Source: the human T2T-CHM13v2.0 reference genome, Homo sapiens. Taken from it: a stretch of 64,000 bases of DNA. Below are positions 25,298 through 52,823 of the stretch, piece by piece. Location of the stretch: NCBI RefSeq assembly GCF_009914755.1, contig NC_060932.1. One strand, written 5' to 3'. The notes under the pieces are model-generated. The model was not told where the DNA came from. It searched no databases and worked only from the letters and a program-made list of their open reading frames with translations. The translations under genes and the position numbers were made by a program. The first letter of the stretch is position 1. Each line of letters opens with the position of its first letter.

Positions 25298-27319
25298 ACT
25301 GGAAGAGGAGACTAAGGCCCAACTGCGGGGCCGTAAATTTCAGGCAAAGGCTTTTGGCCTCTGACCTACCTCCCTGGCATGGCTTGCAGCAAGAAGGTTT
25401 AGCTTTCAACCTGGGATGTCTCTCTGCACCCCGTTTCCCAGATGGCAAGAAGCTCAGACGTGGCCGAGCTGAGCCTGGATCCCATCTCTGGTGACTGCAA
25501 GGCCTGGGTAGAAGGGCAGGGCAGGGGCAGCGGAGATGGAGGTGCAGGTGCCCCATCTGCCCGCAGATGCCCTCCAGTCACAGACAGGAAGGTCCCGAGA
25601 CATACCTCACGGGAGAGCTTCCCAGTCCCGCAGACACAGCCCCGGCCACAGACCCTACTCGCGGAGGGAACGCTTGCGTCACAACAGAAGCCACAGAGGC
25701 GGGCCTCAGGATGCTCCAACAGGCGTGTGTGTCGCCATCTGTCCTCGTGGGAAGGCTCCTCCCCGCCGGGATGGTGTCCACCGGATCGCGACCAAAGCGG
25801 GGCCCTCCCCACTCTCTCCGCCTCCCCGCTTCCTTGGAATGAGGTGGCCGCTGTTTCCCAGCTGCCCGCTTGGTGGCGCTGCCAGCATTAATCGAGGGCG
25901 GCGCCGGGCCCCGCAGCCGCTGGAGCTCGGTGGAGAAACGCTCCGTGGTGACTTACAGTGGCCCAGAGGCCTGCATCACTTAAGCCCTGCATTAGACTCA
26001 GATCCAGGCCTGGAGAGGCCTGTCAAACCCACATAAGGTAGATAGGACAGAAATGGTGGCTGTCCATCATTCAAGGACATGTGGTCCCTTGAGGTTATGA
26101 GATCCACTCAAGTTTCCTTGGCTCAAATATCCAGCAAGCCACGCGGGGCAATCTAAAGAGACTCATCTCGACAAAACATGAAAAAAATTAGCCAGGCATG
26201 GTAGCAGGCATATGTAGTCCTAGCTACTCCCGAGGCTCAGGTGGGAGGATGGCTTCAGCATGGGAGAAAGAGGTTGCAAAAAGGCATGACCACAGCACTG
26301 CTTTCAAGCCTGGGCGACAAAGAGAGACCCTGTCTCAAACAAACAAACAAAAAGTCTAGTAAACAGAATTGCTTCCCTTTTTGTTGTTTGTTTTCTGAAC
26401 AGTGCATATTTGTGCAGTAAACAAAAAGGCAGGGCTCAGGGGGATCAACAGGGTATTGGTGGGTCCAAACTGTCACCAACAGGACTCCAGTAGAGAAAAA
26501 AAGCAGACAGCCTTGAACTTTGATTTCAGAGCTGGGAAATTGTGGGAGGTCGCTACTATAAAATGCAGGAGACAGCGCTGGGAATGGCTCAACGTGGGTC
26601 TCTGGACTGAGGAGAGAGTCAAGGCCATGAACTGAGCCTGACTCTTCCTCCCAGCCTCTCAGGACCTGGCTCAGTTTAACTGTGAAGTGGGAACACTGGC
26701 CAGTGCCCTGCTCAGCTGGGAGGGAAGAAGTCTGGTAGGCAGAAAAGACTTTTAAAATTATTACATGCTCAATGAAGATAAAGAATTATTAATATCACCA
26801 TCTTAATCATCATTATTGGAAAAAGACATCTCATCCAGTGCCCAGGAACAGCAGAGCAAAGACCATGAAGCACACACTCCTGGCTGCTCCTACTTTACAT
26901 GGACATTAACATAGATGGGATTCAACTTTGGTGTTTTCACTCTGCAGCCAAATTTCCTGGTAATTTATAAGTCATCAGCTTGAGGGATACTCAACCTGGA
27001 GCCATTTGGGTACTGGGGCCAAAGGATTTCTGGGGGAACCCAAACTCAGTGACCTCCCCCATCACAAGGGCCCCATTTCAGAGGTTATGATGCCATAACC
27101 TTGACCTTGCCTCTCCCTCTTCTCTACCCTCTCCACCTCTGCCATATGACTTTGTTTGCTGCATTTGCCCCAGGTCGTCACAATTGCCCTCCACCTCCAC
27201 CAACAGATTTCTAGCCACAATGGCGGCAGCAAGCTGCAGAAGTCAGGAGCAAAACTGGACAGGGACCACTGAATAACTGTCTTGTTTATAACACCCTTTA
27301 TATTTCTCATTTCACTCAT

Positions 27320-29578
<2,259 letters not shown>

Positions 29579-29759
29579 GCTATTCCTGTATTGACTGTTT
29601 TTCAGCAGCCAACACCGACATCCACGTTCGCTGGCAAGATGAGCAGTGTTGTACTTGGAGCTCAAGACAGCTCCGGCAATCCCTGCTCCTGGGAGTCATA
29701 CCCCTGTGCTTCCTCTCTGGACCTTGGTCCTGCCCAGCGACCTCAACTTCTGCTGATCC

Positions 29760-30211
29760 TCCTGTACTGCACAGGGCCGGACTGTGTAGCCACTGGGATA
29801 TTGCAGAAATGACCGTGTGGCATCCAAGACAAGGTCCTAAAAGACACTGCAGCTTTTGCCTTGCTCTCTTTTGTGTCACTCGCTCAGGGAGAAGCCAGCA
29901 CCACGTGGAGAAGGTGCTCAAGCAGCTCAAATGAGGAGAAACGGAGGCCTCCTGGCAAGAGCCAGCACCAACTTGCTGGCCATGCAAGTGAGCCACCTCA
30001 GAAGCAGAAGCAGCAGCCTCATCAAGCCTTCAGATGACAGCAGCCCCCAGCAGACCCCTTACAGAGATTCCATGAGAGACCCTAGGTCAGAACAGCCCAG
30101 CTACACCACTCCCAGATCCTGAATCACAGAAACCATGAGATCATAAATGACTGTTGTCTTAAACCACTAAGTTTGGAAGTAAACTGCTTCTCAGCAAAAG
30201 ATAACTGGCAT
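29760..30211 (+). mobile_element. MaLR LTR (MLT1-type)
   Basis: AGCCTTCAGATGACAGCAGCCCC ... ACAGAAACCATGAGATCATAAATGACTGTTGTCTTAAACCACTAAGTTTGG ... GATAACTGGCATA matches the MLT1 3' end. Confidence 0.7.
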
Positions 30212-31557
30212 AAGCAGTGATGGGCAAAAGCACAAACCATGAGATAGCAGAGATGTGTTTCAGTTCCTGTGCTTCCACTTACTGCTGTGCCTGTTTGAGC
30301 CTCAGTGAACTCACCTAAAAAAGACAATAGTGTGAAAATACTACTGGCTTCACAAGTGTGTTAAAGGATCAAACATATATAAAGCGAACAGCGCAGTGTT
30401 AGGCCCAGAAAGGTAATAAATGCTGTTTCTCTTCTTCAACCACGCTTCCCACCCCACCATTCTCCCACTCAGTGGCAGATTTTCTCATCTGTAAAATGGA
30501 CTTGAAACACCTCCCATGAGATTGCTGTGGGGATCAAATCAAAGTCTGTCTTTGGAGAGGCTTTGTAAATCCTAAAGTACTCACCAAAGGCTCTTACTAG
30601 CACGTAAGGACCTGTCTCAGGAGAATCTGCCTAGCATGACTTCCTTTGTTGAAGGTTACAATCAAGGGCTCCCCCAAAAATCTATTTTAGGTTGGAGTCA
30701 CGTAGACATGAATGGAAAGTGGCAGGAAGACTGTTCCCCACTGCTGACACCAGGCCCACAAACCAGCTATTGGCAAAGAGTTGCAGTTTTGAAAAGCTCA
30801 AACTCCAAAGTAGATACGGGCATGTGATTCCGTGGTCAGGAGACACTGAGGTCACTGTGCAGGCCAAAGATTCAGAGAGGAAGCAAAACTACAGAAATGA
30901 AAGCTCCTTTCTAAAGACTTGTGAAGAAACAAGTGGAGTTTCGCTGTGTTGTCAAGTTTGTGCCCTCTCTTTGCCTGTGCGTGGACAGGTCTGACATCCA
31001 TGGTTCGGCAGCTCCCCCCGCCCCCCTGCACCCTGCCCTCAAGTCCTTCTGGGGAGGGAACTGGCCTGTGGGGGCGTCCACTCAAGGTAAGCAAACAACC
31101 CTCTTAAATCATGCCCTGACAGCAGGCCAAGAACCACGCAGATAGGGGGACAGAAAGAGAAAGAAAAACAACCTGGTCGAATGACCTGGTCAAATTATGC
31201 CTGAAAGTCCCTGTGAAAGTTTTGCTCTCTGAAATTTTGCCTCAAGATCTGGATTTCTTGAAAGATGGCTGCATCTGGGCCAGCTGAGCGGAGGTTGCAG
31301 TGAGCCCCGGTGTGGCTGAGGAAGACTGGAGAGGCACTGGCTGCTGGGAGAAGGGGAGTATAATGCTAAGATGCAAAATCATCAACCAGATGATACTATA
31401 CTATCAAGGAAAATGTAGCAACATTCAGTATCATAACCAGAAAAATTAACCAACTTCCACAAGCAGAAAGGGATCTGTGTGAGCATGGGATCGACATATA
31501 TTGGACTGAACACTGCCCTTCATGGCTTCATACCAATGTCAGTGAGCCCCCCTACCC

Positions 31558-32158
<601 letters not shown>

Positions 32159-32460
32159 AGTGATCCCCCTTTGGACAGCATGCATCTCACAAGGGGTTTG
32201 TGAGTTTATTTTTGCAGGCAGGTGATTTGAATTTTGAAACCTGTACCATCAAACGGCATGCATTGGCTGGCCTTCTTTTGGGTGGTCTGTACCGGTTTTA
32301 TAGGCTATACCTATGAATGGTGGCCTAGCAGTCAGGCATGACTCAACCCTGCTACCTGGGAAAGAAAACAGTTTACTGGATTAGAATGTCTATGCTCATC
32401 TCCAGAAATATGTTATTTCCCATTTTGCTTCAGACTGTGTTTGCAGTAAACATTGCAAAC

Positions 32461-32600
32461 ACAATATAGAAAATATAAACCACTTATAAAGATATAGAAA
32501 ATATAAAGATATAGAAAATATAAACCACTTATAAAGATATAGACCACTTATAAAAACATAAGCCACTTATAAAGATCTAGAAAATATAAACCACTTATAA
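32461..32600. repeat. AT-rich minisatellite (~28-bp unit ATATAGAAAATATAAACCACTTATAAAG, with partial units)
   Basis: CCACTTATAAA recurs five times. Confidence 0.8.
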
Positions 32601-32987
32601 AGGCCCTTCAGTTACCTGAAGCTGGCCTAGAAATTCACTGATTTTAAGGAAATATGTACACAAAAATAAAATGGTTCCCCCAAAAATGTTAATCTAAATT
32701 TCTTTTATTCAATTTTCCTATCATATTTTTCCACAGAAGTGAAATAATCAGCACATTAAAATTTTTTGTGTGCTTCTGCGAGCAGAGCTTTTAAATTTTT
32801 TAAATTTTAATTTAAAAATGTTTTTCTTTAAAAATTCTTGTCCAAAGTTGATGCAAAAAAATTTTTTAAATAGAGATGGAGGCAGGTCATGGTGGCTTAT
32901 GTCTGTAATCCCAGCACTCTGGGAGTTCGAGACCAGCCTGGGCAACATGGTGAGACACTGTCTCTACAAAAAATAAAAATTAAATAG

Positions 32988-36522
<3,535 letters not shown>

Positions 36523-36662
36523 TTAGTAACAAGGGGCCTCATCCCAGATGACTCAGATTTACTGGTCACTTCCTTTTCTGTTCAGGGAATCTGCCTCAGG
36601 CCAATACTAATTGGACCCCAGAGAGTCTTTATTCTACCATCTCAAAAACCTTGTTTAGGATT

Positions 36663-37014
36663 GTCTTAGCTATTTACTGCTGAGTGACAAAGGAGCATAA
36701 ATTTGGCACCTAAAACAACACACATCGGCAGGGTGAAGTGGCTTACACTTGTAATCCCAATACTTTGGGAGGCTGAGGTATGAGGATCACTTGAGCCCAG
36801 CAGTTTGAGACCAGCCTCAGCAACATAGTGAGATACCATCTCTACCAAAAAATAAAAGTTGTTAAATTAGCTGGTCATGGTGATGTGTGCCTGCCATCCT
36901 AGCTACTCAGAAGGCTAAGGCAGGAGGATCACTTGAGCCCAGGAGTTCAAGGATGCAGTGAGCTATGATCATGCCACTGCATTCCAGCCTGGGTGACAAA
37001 GCAAGATTCTGGCT

Positions 37015-37057
<43 letters not shown>

Positions 37058-37540
37058 TCTCACAGTTTCTGTAGGTCAGGAATCTGGACACAGCTCAGCT
37101 GGTTCCTCCATTTTATGGTCTCTCACAAGACCACACTCAAGGTGTCAGGCAAGGTTGAATCTTATCGAAAGGCCCAACTGCGGAGAATCTGCTTCCAAGC
37201 TCACTTTTTGGTCGTTGACATGACTCAATTGCTTTTAGGCAGTTGAACAAAGGGCCTTGATTCCTAGGTGTTTTTTCCCAGAAGGCACCCTGTGTTTCTT
37301 GCCTTGTGGGCCTCCCCAATCAAGCAACTTGCTTTATGAAAGCTTATAAAGGAGAGAGTCTGCCACCAAGACACAAGTCGTCATCTTATATTTACAGAGG
37401 TGACATCCTATCATCTTTGCTCTTCTCTGTTTGTTAAAACCAAATCGAAGGTCCTGCCTGCACACAATTGGGGACATTACACAAGGGTGTGAACACCAGG
37501 AGTCAGGGACCACAGGGAGCCATCTCAGAGTTCACTCAAC
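36663..37540 (-). mobile_element. MLT1-type LTR interrupted by a sense AluJ (~36727-37052) whose tail is a (CA)n microsatellite
   Basis: TCTCACAGTTTCTGTAGGTCAGGAATCTGG ... CAAGGGTGTGAACACCAGGAG; (CA)n at ~37017-37052. Confidence 0.7.
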
Positions 37541-37656
37541 ACAAAGATATTAATCTTCATTAAGCTCTTTCTGCCCCAGAAAGCAGCCCAGCTTTTGTGG
37601 ATGTTGTGAGGCCTGTCTCCCAGAAGGGCATTTATTAACCAAACAGTATACAAGAT

Positions 37657-38013
37657 GGTATTAGTCCATTTTTATGCTGCTGATAAAGACATATCAGAGA
37701 CTGGGCAATTTACAAAAGAAAGAGGTTTATTGGACTTAAAGTTCCACATGGCTGGAGAGGCCTCAAAATCATGGTGGAATGTGAAAGTCACATCTCACAT
37801 GGGGGCAAACAAGCGAAGAGAGAATTTGTGCGGGAAACTCCCATTTCTAAAGCCACCAGACTTCATGAGACTCATTCACCATCACAAGAACAGTGCAGGA
37901 CAGACCTGCCCCCATTATTCAATCACTGCCCACCGGGTTCCTCCCACGACACATGGGAATTCTTGCAGTTACAATTCAAGATGAGATTTGGGTGGAGACA
38001 CAGCCAAACCATG
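37657..38013 (-). mobile_element. THE1-type MaLR LTR, abutting a truncated antisense Alu (~38014-38238)
   Basis: GTATTAGTCCATTTTTATGCTGCTGATAAAGACATA ... TTCAAGATGAGATTTGGGTGGAGACACAGCCAAACCAT. Confidence 0.85.
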
Positions 38014-38730
38014 TGCAGTGGCACAATCGGCCCACTGCAACCTCTGCCATCCAGGTTCAAGCAATTCTCATGCCTCAGCCTCCTGAGTAGCTGGGATTAC
38101 AGGCATGTGCCAGCACACCTGGCTGATTTTTGTATTTTTAGTAGAGACAGGGTTTCACCATGTTGGCCAGGCTGGTCTTGAACTCCTGACCTCAAGTGAT
38201 CTGCCCACCTCAGCCTCCCAACATGCTGATGCCTGGCCCGATTTCCTCATTTTCAATATAATATGGAATTATCTGATATCTGGATCCAATTTAGTTGTTT
38301 ATGGAACTGAAACTTCCATTTATTTTGTGGATTATTTCCAAAAACTGATTGGGACTTTGTGTCCGATTTCATTCGTTTCTGTGTGTCATCAAAAGCTGTA
38401 TTTGTTATGGAGATTAATAATATGTTCTAATTCCCCAGAACTTAGCCATGTCTAACCCTGATATGGACAAGGTTCCATCACCTTTTATAAGACCTTTACA
38501 GTAAGTCTTCAATAAATATTTGTTGAATGAATGAGTAAATGACTGAATGGATGGGTGAATGGACACTTTCACTGGCTTGGGTTTGGGCAGACAGTAGGAA
38601 GTGGGGGCCACTGTTTCACCAAAGGAATCACGCTGGAGAAAATCCCTGCATAGCATTGAGTTGTGCAACTATAAATCTATTCCCATAAATTCCAATCAAT
38701 CCTGTAAACTTCAGAGCAAAAATGCCAGGC

Positions 38731-39435
38731 TGTGTTAGTTTGCTCAGGCTTCCGTAACAAAATACCACAGGCTGGGCAACTTAACAATAGGCGTTCGTTT
38801 TCTCACAGTTTTGGAGGTTAGAAGTCTGAGATCAAGGTGTTGGCATGGCTGGTTTCTCCTCAGGCTATGCCTTCTCCGTGTCCCCACATGTTGTTGGGTT
38901 TTTTTTTTTTTTTTTTTTCTGTGTATGTGCAGCCTTCATGTCTCTCCCTCCTCCTATAAGGACACCAATCAGATTGAATTAGAGCCCACCCTAACAGCCT
39001 CGTTTAACTTAACTACCTCTTTAAAGACCGTGTCTCCAAAGACTGGGTGTGGTGGCTCACAATGTAATCCCAGCACTTTGGGAGGTGGGAGCGAAAAGAT
39101 TGCTGGAGCCCAGGAGTTTGAGACCAGCAGGGCAACATAGTGAGGCTCTGTCTCTACAAACTGTTTAAAAAAACAGCTGGGTGTGGTGGCGCATGCCTGT
39201 AGTCCCAGCTACTCAGGAGGCTGAGGCAGGAGGATCGCTTCAGCCAGGTAGAAGAGGCTACAGTGAGCTATGATCATGCCACTGCACTCCAGCCTGGGCA
39301 ACACAGCAAGATCCTGTCTCTAAAACAAAACAAAAATCAAAACCTTATCTCCAAATATAGTCACATTCTAAGGTAGTTGGGCTTAGGACGTCACTGTGTG
39401 ACTTTGAGGGAAGTCACTATTTAGACCATACCACA
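38731..39435 (-). mobile_element. MLT1A-like LTR interrupted by a sense AluJ (~39042-39340)
   Basis: CCGTAACAAAATACCACAGGCTGGG ... TCTCACAGTTTTGGAGGTTAGAAGTCTGAGATCAAGGTG; resumes at TCTCCAAATATAGTCACATTC. Confidence 0.75.
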
Positions 39436-40603
39436 GACCCGGCCTCGTTTTTGCAGGCCTTCCTGTCCTTGCCTCTCACCATCAGACCCTGTCAGTCCCC
39501 AAGTCAGTTGACTGAGGAGCCTTCTATCAGCAGCCCCAGACCATTCTTATGGGGGTGTGAGGGGACAGTGCAGGTCCCTAGAGGATATGTCCATCTTCTT
39601 TACTCTGGGGATCAGCCCAGAGTCTGGGGGCCACAGTGGACCCCTCTGAACAGCTGCTCCCCAACCCACACACTCCCACTCCCTTCAATGGGGCACCTCC
39701 CTACACGCCCGGCCCTCCTGCACTGCTCCTCAATTCCCATCCCTAACCTTGTCTCCTCACACAACTCCAAACCCTGAACTGCCTCCCAATGGCCCTCAGA
39801 TTTAGCAGTGGCTGTAGACAGATTCGTGCAGGCACAAACCCTGATAGTAGGAAGCTCCCGAGGTACCACTCCGCCCGAGCCCACGAGCATAGCGCTCACC
39901 CTTCCGGCGGTCCTCCCTCCCTCGTTGCTGTTCCTCCTCTTCCCCTTCCTGATCCCTCCTTGGATGGCTGACCTTTCAGCTTAAAGTCTTTGGCTCACTC
40001 CTGGGACCTGTGGAGAACGTTTTGGTTTGGTTTGGTTTTGGCTGTTCTCGCTACGCTGGTGAACTCTCAGTCCCGTGGAACTGATGCCATCTGTGCACTG
40101 ATTGATTGCAAATCCATGTCCCCAGCTTGGCTCTCTGTGAACTCCAGACTCAGCTCTGTTCAGTGTCTTGGCTCGAATGTTTAATAAGGCATCTCATTCT
40201 TGACATGCCCCAAACTGAGCTCCTGCTCTCCCCCATAAAACTTCCTCCTCTGAAGTCTTCCCCACCCACGTTTATAGCATTCCCATTGTTGCACAACCAT
40301 CTCCACCATCCATCTCCAGAACTTTCTCATCCCCCAGCTGAAACGCTACACCTATTAAACACTAGCTCCCCCTTCCCCAGCTCTTGACAGCCCCCATTCT
40401 ACTTCCTGGGCCTGGGCTTTTACTTTGATGGTGTGGGCGCGATTGGTGGCCTTTGAGCAGAGGAGTATATGATTTGACTTGGGTTTTAAAGAAGCCCTCG
40501 GGCGCTGCGTTGAGACTGGCATGCCAGGCGTGAGGGAGAAAGCAGGACGCAGGGGGTCATTAGGAGGAGCCCAGAGGCTCAGCCAAAAAAAAAAAAAAAA
40601 GAA

Positions 40604-40990
<387 letters not shown>

Positions 40991-41359
40991 TCAGAATATT
41001 CTCACTTCTCACACCTCCCTGCAAGCCCCCTGCTCCAAGTCACCCTCTCCCCTAGCCTGGATTCCTGTTTTGTCTTTCATCTGAGCCAACATTTAAAAAG
41101 CAGGAAGCTTCATCCAAAAATACGGATTTCTGCTTCTAGCGAATAAAGAAGCAGCCATGGCAACATTCTGCTATCATCCTCTCTTGGCAGGAATCTGCTA
41201 GAACTAAGTAGAAGCTACCGTCTTTATTTAAGGCTTACACGTTCCACTTTTCCTCCTCCGTCCTTTAGTTTCTCCGCAACATTGAGGCCACGTGTGAATT
41301 ACCACTTGTCATTGTCACTGAACTTTTTCTTTTAGAAAAAAGAGAAATAGGGATAGGCG

Positions 41360-42000
<641 letters not shown>

Positions 42001-44867
42001 AACCCTGAATTGCCAACCCGGGGAGCCTCTGATGGACTCCGCCCTGACCAGGACTGTTATGAGCTGTGGACGGGGCTCATGGGCTATTGCGTTCCATAGT
42101 GCAATTCACCTCACCATTTATGCGAGTGGCACCCCCTAAGGTTATGCCATGGGCAGTCACACAGCCATCCAGTGCATCCTGGAGACAGAGGAAAAGTCAG
42201 GTGTGGTCTGGGCCCAGGACCAGGACAGCAGGGTGGGCAGGCATGGCCAACAGAAGGAGCCCTCTAAGCTTCACTGGGAAAATGAACAGAAGGGAGGAAG
42301 GAAGGCATGGGGCTGGTTGTGGGGTCAGACTCTGCTTCCGTGACCCTCAAAGCAGAGATGGCAAAGCAAACCTCCAGGGCCTCCAAAGGCCTCACGAGTC
42401 CTGGCTGTGGAGCGGGGGCTTGCAGGAGGCTGCAGGCTCAGGAGCACCCAGGACATCAGTGGCCTCTGCAGACCAGCCTCGTCTGAATGCTTCCATCACA
42501 GTAACGCAGAAGTTTCTGGACACCAAGAGACAGAGGCCAGGCAACATGTTTTCACAGTCTCATTAGTCCCTGTCCAAAGTAGTGCCATGCAATATGGGGC
42601 AGTCCCACACCGAAGGGGCCTCTTCACTGCCCGCCTGTCCAGGGTCCTTACCGCCATTGACGGGTCACCTGGACCCTGCAGCCACACTCTGGAAGAGCCT
42701 CTGCAGAGAGGCTTCAAGCCCCTTTTCTTTCTTCCCCTGCTGCAGAGAAGGGGCTCACGAAGGCATCCTGTCATGCTTCTCTTGCCTTACTTAGAATAAT
42801 GACGGGCTAGGTTTTTGTTTTTCAACTGTCAAATCAAAACAGAAAAAAAGCAAATGTAGATTGTAGACCCAGGGGACTTTTGCAAGGGATCCTTCTGGCA
42901 TGAAACTTTCTCCTTTCTCTGCCTGGCATATTTTCTGGTAAAGGGGAACACACATCTTGGGGAGGTATCTCGAGAGTCGATAATAGTTATGGTTCAGTTC
43001 CGTCTGCTTCCCAGAGAATTCTAACTGTATTGCATAGTGAGTGCCAAGACCTCTTGAGGCCAGTGGGGGATTGCCTGAGGGGCTCCCATAACTCATCCAT
43101 GGACTCATTTAGCAGGAAGGAGCTGAGGGAGGAGGCAGGCAGGAACCAGTCCTGAGTGAGGGCAGGGAAGTGTAGGGTGCCATCTCTCCCTTCAGGGCAA
43201 CCCAGGGTAGTGGCACTTATGCTGCAAGGTACAAGTACCTGCAAGGCCACTAGCAAGGTGACGACAGAGAATGAACTCCAGCAGGCTTAGGAAAGGGAGA
43301 GTTCACTTCCCACCACGGGGATCAATAACACTGCGGAAAACAGATGCATTCATTCTTGGCCTGAGCTCCCAGGTGCACATGGAGAGAGGGGAGGGCATTG
43401 GAAGTACAGAGAGCAGCAAAAACAAATTTCAAAGGCATGGCTATGAAAGGCTCCACGTGAAACTTCTTCAAAAGAATGCCCCACGGTCTACTGTGGCCGC
43501 CATTCCTTCCTGGTGCTTAACCTCCCTCCCTCAGCTGCTCTTTCCAGCCACATCTAGTCCCCTTGCCAGCTAGATTCTACTGTCAGAAGATTCAAAGACA
43601 GAAATCCCCCTGTCTTCCAGTCTAACTCCGAAGCCTCTATGGTAAAGCCTACCTGAGTCTCTCAGTCTGAATTCTAGCCTCTCCTCCCCACCCTCCCTGA
43701 CACAGCATTTCTGAGTATGTGAGTACTGAAGTGCTAACTCATGCGGATCCTCAACTAGAATTCCAGCTCCTTGAGGGAGTCTCTGGGGCTCACTCTGCTT
43801 TCTGTCCCACCCCATGTTCTTCCCACCCGGCTGCCTCAAGAAGAGCTCTCCATCTCTCTCGGTCTGTCTCAGTCTCTCTCTATCACTGCCCCGGCCGTCT
43901 TTGCTGAATGCCAGTCACTGAATTGAGTTCATGTCCTGACTTTACTGCTGACCTATCTGGGATCTTGGACAGGTTACCTCATTCCTTGTGCCTCAGTTTC
44001 CTCATCTGTTAAAAGGTCTTAAAATTGATGTAAGGACTGAACGATATTGTGCATCGAAAGTACATGTTAACTATTATTATCATTTACATTTACTTGTTAT
44101 GTATACAAAACATATATCTTTAAATCTGTCTTTGAAAATTCCAGAGCTATTTTTACCTTACACCCAGAGATAAAAATTTGCTTTGATAACTACAAGAAGA
44201 GAGTGACCTATCCTTGAGCTCACAATGATCTGAGACTATTCCAGAAAGAAAAAGGAATTCCTGCCATCCCCTTTCAGCTCAAACCACAGAGTCGGCTTTT
44301 AGAAATCCATAAAATATTTAGGACAGGTTTGCTACACCAGACTTGCCGTAACTGGCCAACTTTTTACAAGTGGACCAATGTAATTATTTATAACAACAAA
44401 GGGCACGATTTCATAAGGCTACTTGAATGTAAGGAAGGGGGAAGTGCAGGGATTGAATGGTGAGTCTGAATGTTAGAAATGTGAGGAAAAAATACTCTTT
44501 TTTCCCTAGTGTTGATAATCTTATTGCTTCCTGAAGAAATAGCACCTGGATCTGTGTGAGAACCACTATCCCCCCTATTTCTTCTCCTCCTCTGACTTGG
44601 TTGCAACACATTTCTGTGAATTCCAGAAAAAGCAAACAATTCCTCAGTACTCCTAGCCCAAGACAAGTACCAGAGTAGACCCTGCATCTAGACGATGCTG
44701 AGCAGGCTTTACATGTTTTTCTCCTCCTGACATCAGCTTTTCCCGTGAAACTCTGAAAAATACTGCCAGCACTCCCTGCAGAATCACCAACTCCCAAACC
44801 ATGGAAACAGTCCAGAATTAGGAGGAGCCGCGGGAAGGAATGAGAGCTCTTGTAATAAGAGCAGCTA

Positions 44868-47825
<2,958 letters not shown>

Positions 47826-48899
47826 CTGTTGTGTTTAATCTTTCCCTCTGTTTTGTGAAGAATATACTATCCCCATGCTGCAGAGAATAAACCTGGGCCT
47901 GGGAAAAGCAGTGTGACTCACCCAGGGAGGCACCAACGGAGCAGCACAGAGCCTGGGTTCAAGCTCACCTGTGCTGGCCCCCAAAGCCTGTTCTCCCTCC
48001 TCCACCCCGCCCTGCCTCGCAGTGACAGAAACCAAAGGACACTAAGGCATCCCTGTGTGGCTCATTCGGGCTGCCCCAGAGACCCCTAAGAAGACCCTCA
48101 GGAGGTCCCTGAAGCCCCTTCAGAGGGGAAACCACTATAGGAGTCAGGGGAGCTCCAGGGTTGTCATCCACCTAATTAAAGCAAGTACCCAGCCAGTAAT
48201 GGACCAAAGATGGTTCAAAGAGAGCACATTCCTGCCAGCCCATCCCAGTGGCTCCTAGCACCCTGCTCAGCCCCACACCTTTGACCCACCCTCCAACAGG
48301 CAGCCATGGACCGGGGGAGTGGTGGGATCAACACTATGACCTTGGCATTTGTTATCTCTGGCCCAGGTAACAGCAGCATGAGGATGACCCTCATCATGTG
48401 AGTGTCTCTGTCATGTTTGTGGACATCTGGGTGTGTCTCAAGGACAGGCAGAGTGGGGCAGGGGACTGCAGGAGTTCCAGCTCGAATGAGCCACAGGCCC
48501 ATGTTATCTCTCTGAGCCTAATCCTCCTCAACTCTCCATTAAGGGTGTGCCTGATCCTCTCTGAAGACCCTCAGGGCAAAATGATTTTGCATTCCATTCC
48601 CTGGATTTTAGTCCTAACCAATAGTGGCTATACCATGCTTCTAGATGAGAACCAGAGTTGGACTTTATAATTCACACATTTACCACATCCAGCTGATGTC
48701 TACTAGGTGCTGCTGTGGGCCTGATGTGGGAACAGCTACAGGAATCCCTTGGAGAAGCATAAGACAGCACTTGATAACCCGGGTTATCAGTCCCCCGAGG
48801 GTCTGCAGCTGGGAGATAAGCACACTGTGTCTGGTTGAGCTGACTGATTGACGTCTGTCTTCTCCAACCTAGACCCAAGTTCCATTCCAGGTGGGCTGA

Positions 48900-50932
<2,033 letters not shown>

Positions 50933-51242
50933 CGGTTCCAGTTCTGAAGGACACTTCCAGTGGAAAGGCAGTCAACTTGAGCTCTCGTTAAGCCAGCTGA
51001 CCTGAGACTGAAGATGTACCCTGCCCCTATGGAATGTTCAAGCCCTTCCCAGCTATTGTTGCAAAATTTCACCAGCTTCCCACATGTTCCCGGGTGACTA
51101 ATCCACCACTTCCCCCCATACACACAAACAAGATGGCTAACAAAAGAAAAATGTCTTCTGTGTCTAGTCACAGACACATCTGCCAATTAAGTCCTCTTGC
51201 CCACACAGAGCCCTAAATAAATAAACAAGGGTCATATGCTCA

Positions 51243-52823
<1,581 letters not shown>

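Noticed and set aside
25399-26036. 137-166 aa ORFs in a GC-rich patch as an unannotated gene
   Set aside because: No recognisable domain, similar-length ORFs in all frames and no convincing exon structure; retained only as a possible regulatory element.
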